64,000 bases of DNA, from contig JAIRYM010000019.1 in NCBI GenBank assembly GCA_031267615.1, positions 5,430 to 69,429 on the forward strand. The letters run 5' to 3'. Below are positions 60,670 to 64,000 of the stretch, piece by piece. A program made the translations under genes and the position numbers. The notes under the pieces were generated by a model, which searched no databases, was not told where the DNA came from, and was given only the letters and a program-made list of their open reading frames with translations. Each line of letters starts with the position of its first letter. Positions within the stretch are counted from its first letter, which is position 1. Source of the stretch: Dysgonamonadaceae bacterium. Lineage in GTDB: Bacteria; Bacteroidota; Bacteroidia; Bacteroidales; Azobacteroidaceae.

Positions 60670-60825
60670 CTATTTAAATACCGTTTTGTAAACCGTCCCG
60701 GCAGCCATTGCGCCAAGAATCGGAACAATAATAAACACCGGCAGTTGACACAAAGCATCGCCTCCGGCATAAATCGCCTGACTGATACTTCGAGCCGGAT
60801 TAACAGACGTATTAGTAACAGGAAT
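60670..60825 (-). pseudogene. aqpZ: aquaporin (MIP) 3' fragment
   Basis: Hand translation IPVTNTSVNPARSISQAIYAGGDALCQLPVFIIVPILGAMAAGTVYKTVFK* contains the second NPA box; the 5' part is absent. Confidence 0.85.
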
Positions 60826-60845
60826 TAAATAAATCCCACTCTAGG

Positions 60846-61868
60846 TCATTTGTTTTTTGGCGCCCACATCCCCTCGAATTTTTCTAATTCTTTCAATGGA
60901 ACAGATGGCTTTGTCGTTTGAATTGTATTTTCCAACAGAGCCATTGTAATCCGTTTTTTCTCTTTCAAGGCAGTACGGGCCGTTTCATTCACTAAAAATT
61001 CTATATCTGCCGAAACATAGTTTTCAGTCAATGTGGCAAGTTTATCATAATCTATACCGAAGTCCAAAGGTCTGTCTTTGAGATACATCTCAAACATTCC
61101 CTTTCGTGCCTCAAAATCAGGAGGTGGCAGATAGAATTTCTTATCTAATCGACCGGCACGAAGCATAGCAGGATCAATCATGTTAGGATAATTCGTTGCC
61201 CCAATGATAAATATACCCTTTTCACCTGTTCTGTCCATTTGCGCCAGCATTTCATTGACGGCGCTTTTGTACATTTCGTGAGAATCACTGTCGCGATTGG
61301 GTAACAGTTCATTAATCTCGTCAATGAAAATGATGGTCGGTGCATTTTTTTCGGCTTCCTCAAACATCTTGGCAATGTTTTCCTGAGTAGCATTTACATA
61401 CCTGCTTTTCAGAGAAGAAGGCGTCATTAACATAAAGTTAAACCCTACTTCTTCGGCAAAATGTTTAGCAAAGAAAGTTTTCCCGCATCCCGGCGGACCA
61501 TACAGTAACATGCCGTTGGGAATGGTTATTCCGTATTTTGCATACTCTTCGGGATGATGCAAGGCATCTATGACATCCAATTTCAGTTGTGCTTTCAATT
61601 CATTCATCCCTGCAATTGCATCAAAGCCCTTGCCTTTTGCTTTTTGCACCTTGACTTTACTGCTAGGCTTGTTTTCTGATTTTTCTTTTTGAACGGTATC
61701 CATATCAGGTACTTCAATCTCGCCATTCAGGGCTTGGATAAATTCATTTGCCGATTGAAAACGTTCTTCAAAGTTGTTGTGCACGGCTTTCTTTACAATA
61801 TTTAGAATGGAATTGTCGAAATCAATAAAATGGCCGTATAGTTCCCGAAAGATAAGCGGTCGTTTCCG
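60846..61868 (-). pseudogene. AAA+ ATPase (CDC48/FtsH-like), probable remnant of a protein kinase-AAA fusion
   Basis: GPPGCGKT, IFIDE, GATN, RAGRLD; the frame extends upstream as RKRPLIF...KKAVHNNFEERFQSANEF, resembling the end of a kinase domain, and abuts an integrase fragment. Confidence 0.7.
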
Positions 61869-62287
61869 ATTGTGTAAATTTACAGTGGGAAAACATTACC
61901 GGCGGCAAAAAGCCGAGTATCAAATTCAATCAGCAAAAAACCAAAAGCACTGTTTATATGCCGATTTCGACAGAGGCGTTAGAACTTTGCGGCGAGCGAA
62001 AAAACGAGAGCGAAAAAGTTTTTGCAGGAGTAAGCAATTCGCAGTTTTGCAACAATATAATAAGCGAATGGGTACAAGCCGCAGGCATTACCAAAGAGAT
62101 AACTTTTCACTGTTTCCGGCACACATTTGCAACCCTGCAATTAACAAGCGGCACAGATATTTACACAGTAAGCAAGTTGTTAGGACACGCCGATGTAAAA
62201 ACCACGCAAATTTACGCTCAAATTGTTGATGAAAAGAAAGAGAAAGCAGCACACGCTATCAAATTGAATATTAACAAGAAAAAATAA
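61865..62287 (+). pseudogene. tyrosine integrase C-terminal fragment
   Basis: SDCVNLQWENI...QQKT...FHCFRHTFA...LLGH...TTQIYA; the upstream G.R catalytic Arg and N-terminal domains are missing. Confidence 0.85.
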
Positions 62288-62295
62288 TAAATAAG

Positions 62296-63819
62296 ATGGA
62301 ACTGAAAATTTACGACAGTATCATTCACGGCACATTGCAGCCGCAGGGTGACCAGCCGCCAGCCCACTATTCCGAGATTTCCCATTTGTTGCAGGAAATA
62401 CCGGTAACATTGCCCGAACTCGAAACCCGATTAAATCAGGTTTTAGGCAGAAATTCACAAGTGAATTTCAACGCCGACATGCCTGTAAATATTACTCAAT
62501 ATTTAAGTAATCAGGATTATACAAGTATTTCGTCAGATTATTTCCCGACCGAAATAACTTTGCTTTTGCCGCGAGCGGCAACGCCAATTCAGCGCTTTTA
62601 TTACTTTGTAATAACCGCCGAAGCCCAACGCATAAAACTTCGTTTATTGCAGTCGATTGAAATTTTGAAAGATGATGTTTGCGTCAAAGAAGAAATAAAA
62701 GCAGTATTGAAATTGCTTGCCCGATACGCAAAGAACATTCGGGAACACACGCAGTCCAACTCGATTTTTGACGATTTGTGCAAGCAAATCGTCAAACTCT
62801 ATTTTGAATTGACCTTGATTTTTGATGTGCTTTTGTCCGAAACCGACTATCATTCATTTTTAGATTTTTACTATAATCGCCTCAATCGGCAAGCCGATGA
62901 GAGCGAACTGTCAGCATATCAAAAAGCCCAGCACATACACCAAGCGCAATACCTGTACAATGATTTCGACAGTGCAGCCGCTCAAAGTTTGCTTGCGTAA
63001 CTTTTCGCAGACCTTGAAAGAACGCCAACAGATAACACACTAATCGCTGTTATCTGTGCGCTTGAAAACGCTGTTTTTCTGCAAGCAGAAAACGCCACTA
63101 TTCCTGATTTTCCCGAAATTGTCAGTGCCAATTTCTCAAAATCTCTTTTGAAAGACAAAAAACAGGCATTTAATCAGCAATTAAACACCATTTCAAACGC
63201 TCGTGAGGCACTCACGGAGATTGAAAATGTTGCTGAGAATCTTCCTGATTTTCCTGCAATAACGCCCGAGGTTGCCGCGTTGCTTACTCTTTCGGTCGCT
63301 CGCCAACTTCGCAGTTGGCTTGCCGAACAAAAAGAAATTTACAAAAATAATGCTGCGCAAATTTTTGTCCCGACTATTCAAAACGAGGGTACGAAAACCA
63401 CCAAACCAAGGGCGACACAGCAAAAAATCAGTACGCAAAAGCAAAAAGATATAGCCACAAAACGCATTGCGTTTTTGAGTGGCTACAATCGTTTGAACGC
63501 AAAAATTATGTCCGATGACGATTTTTACCGATTGACAACTTACATTTGTTCGTTGATAGACACAGGAACGGTGCCGACAAACATTCAGCAAATTTCACAA
63601 ACAAACATCTCAAACGAGTATTTGCGTTATACCTTTTATATCATTCACAAGGAGTTGTACACAACCCGACCAATCCGCCCCGAATGGATAGACCTTTTAC
63701 ACGCCGTTTTTGCTCAATTCCGGGATGTAGAAAAGGAAACCACCCGCAAAAAATTCAGTACCGTTCCGCAACATTACGAAACCGACATTAAAGAAATAGT
63801 AAAGCAGGGGAAACAATAA
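62296..63819 (+). pseudogene. hypothetical element protein interrupted by an in-frame TAA
   Basis: ORFs 62296-63000 and 63148-63819 share a frame; 63001-63147 is open (LFADLERTP...SLL); the only stop is TAA at 62998-63000. Confidence 0.6.
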
Positions 63820-63831
63820 AATTGCCTCTTG

Positions 63832-63972
63832 TTTCGTGGTGATAATGGTGATTTGTCTGTAAAAAAGTCAAATCACCATTATTATTTTTACTCTGTTTAT
63901 CAGTGTAATACACTCGTTTTTCGTGGTGATTTTGGTGATTGAAAATCACCGCGATTCCCCCATTTTATCACC
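63832..63972. promoter_or_regulatory. cluster of GGTGAT/ATCACC boxes with a hairpin
   Basis: Seven boxes at 63838, 63847, 63872, 63925, 63934, 63945 and 63967; stem ATAATGGTGATTTG/CAAATCACCATTAT. Confidence 0.55.
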
Positions 63973-64000
63973 CAATTCTTTTGCACCACTATTCAATTTT

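Larger units (their letters stand above)
60826..64000. mobile_element. decayed integrative element (integrase remnant plus downstream genes), continues beyond the window
   Basis: Integrase fragment, truncated neighbours, repeated GGTGAT boxes at the right end. Confidence 0.55.

Noticed and set aside
53600-63000. Stop-codon reassignment suggested by in-frame TAG (53600) and TAA (62998)
   Set aside because: TAG and TAA end conserved genes normally here (uvrA, thioesterase, GH30, dxr); isolated nonsense changes or base errors are simpler

Overview
Bacteroidales-type chromosomal DNA (TAnnTTTG promoter boxes, murF-alr fusion, M23/DUF1599/DoxX/tpiA gene order). 1-33 kb is mostly housekeeping: recG, uvrA, dxr, mdh, murF-alr, tpiA, aroK, mreCD, murB and znuAC. 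It also holds a GH5 gene, a DUF6261-like gene, two GT4 genes with a methyltransferase, two ~42-bp palindromic tandem arrays and GTAG-type REP elements. 33-57 kb is an accessory locus of unknown function and the best candidate for an undescribed system. It carries two intact NVEALA-like secreted precursors (conserved leader, variable 5-Cys core ending in CC) and a vestigial third, with seven beta-propeller lipoprotein genes, four of them directly followed by CxxC redoxin-like genes. Its core encodes DUF1573, a transglutaminase-like lipoprotein, a signal peptidase I, an O-antigen-ligase/TPR protein, an RND-MFP-TolC exporter and an HTH regulator. The cassettes are bounded by direct and inverted repeats, and a structured ~550-nt leader precedes the first precursor. 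57-60.6 kb holds divergent GH63-like and GH30 genes. 60.6-64 kb is a decayed integrative element with aquaporin, kinase-AAA and integrase remnants. No rRNA, tRNA or CRISPR array was seen. Family calls come from motif recognition by eye, not database searches.
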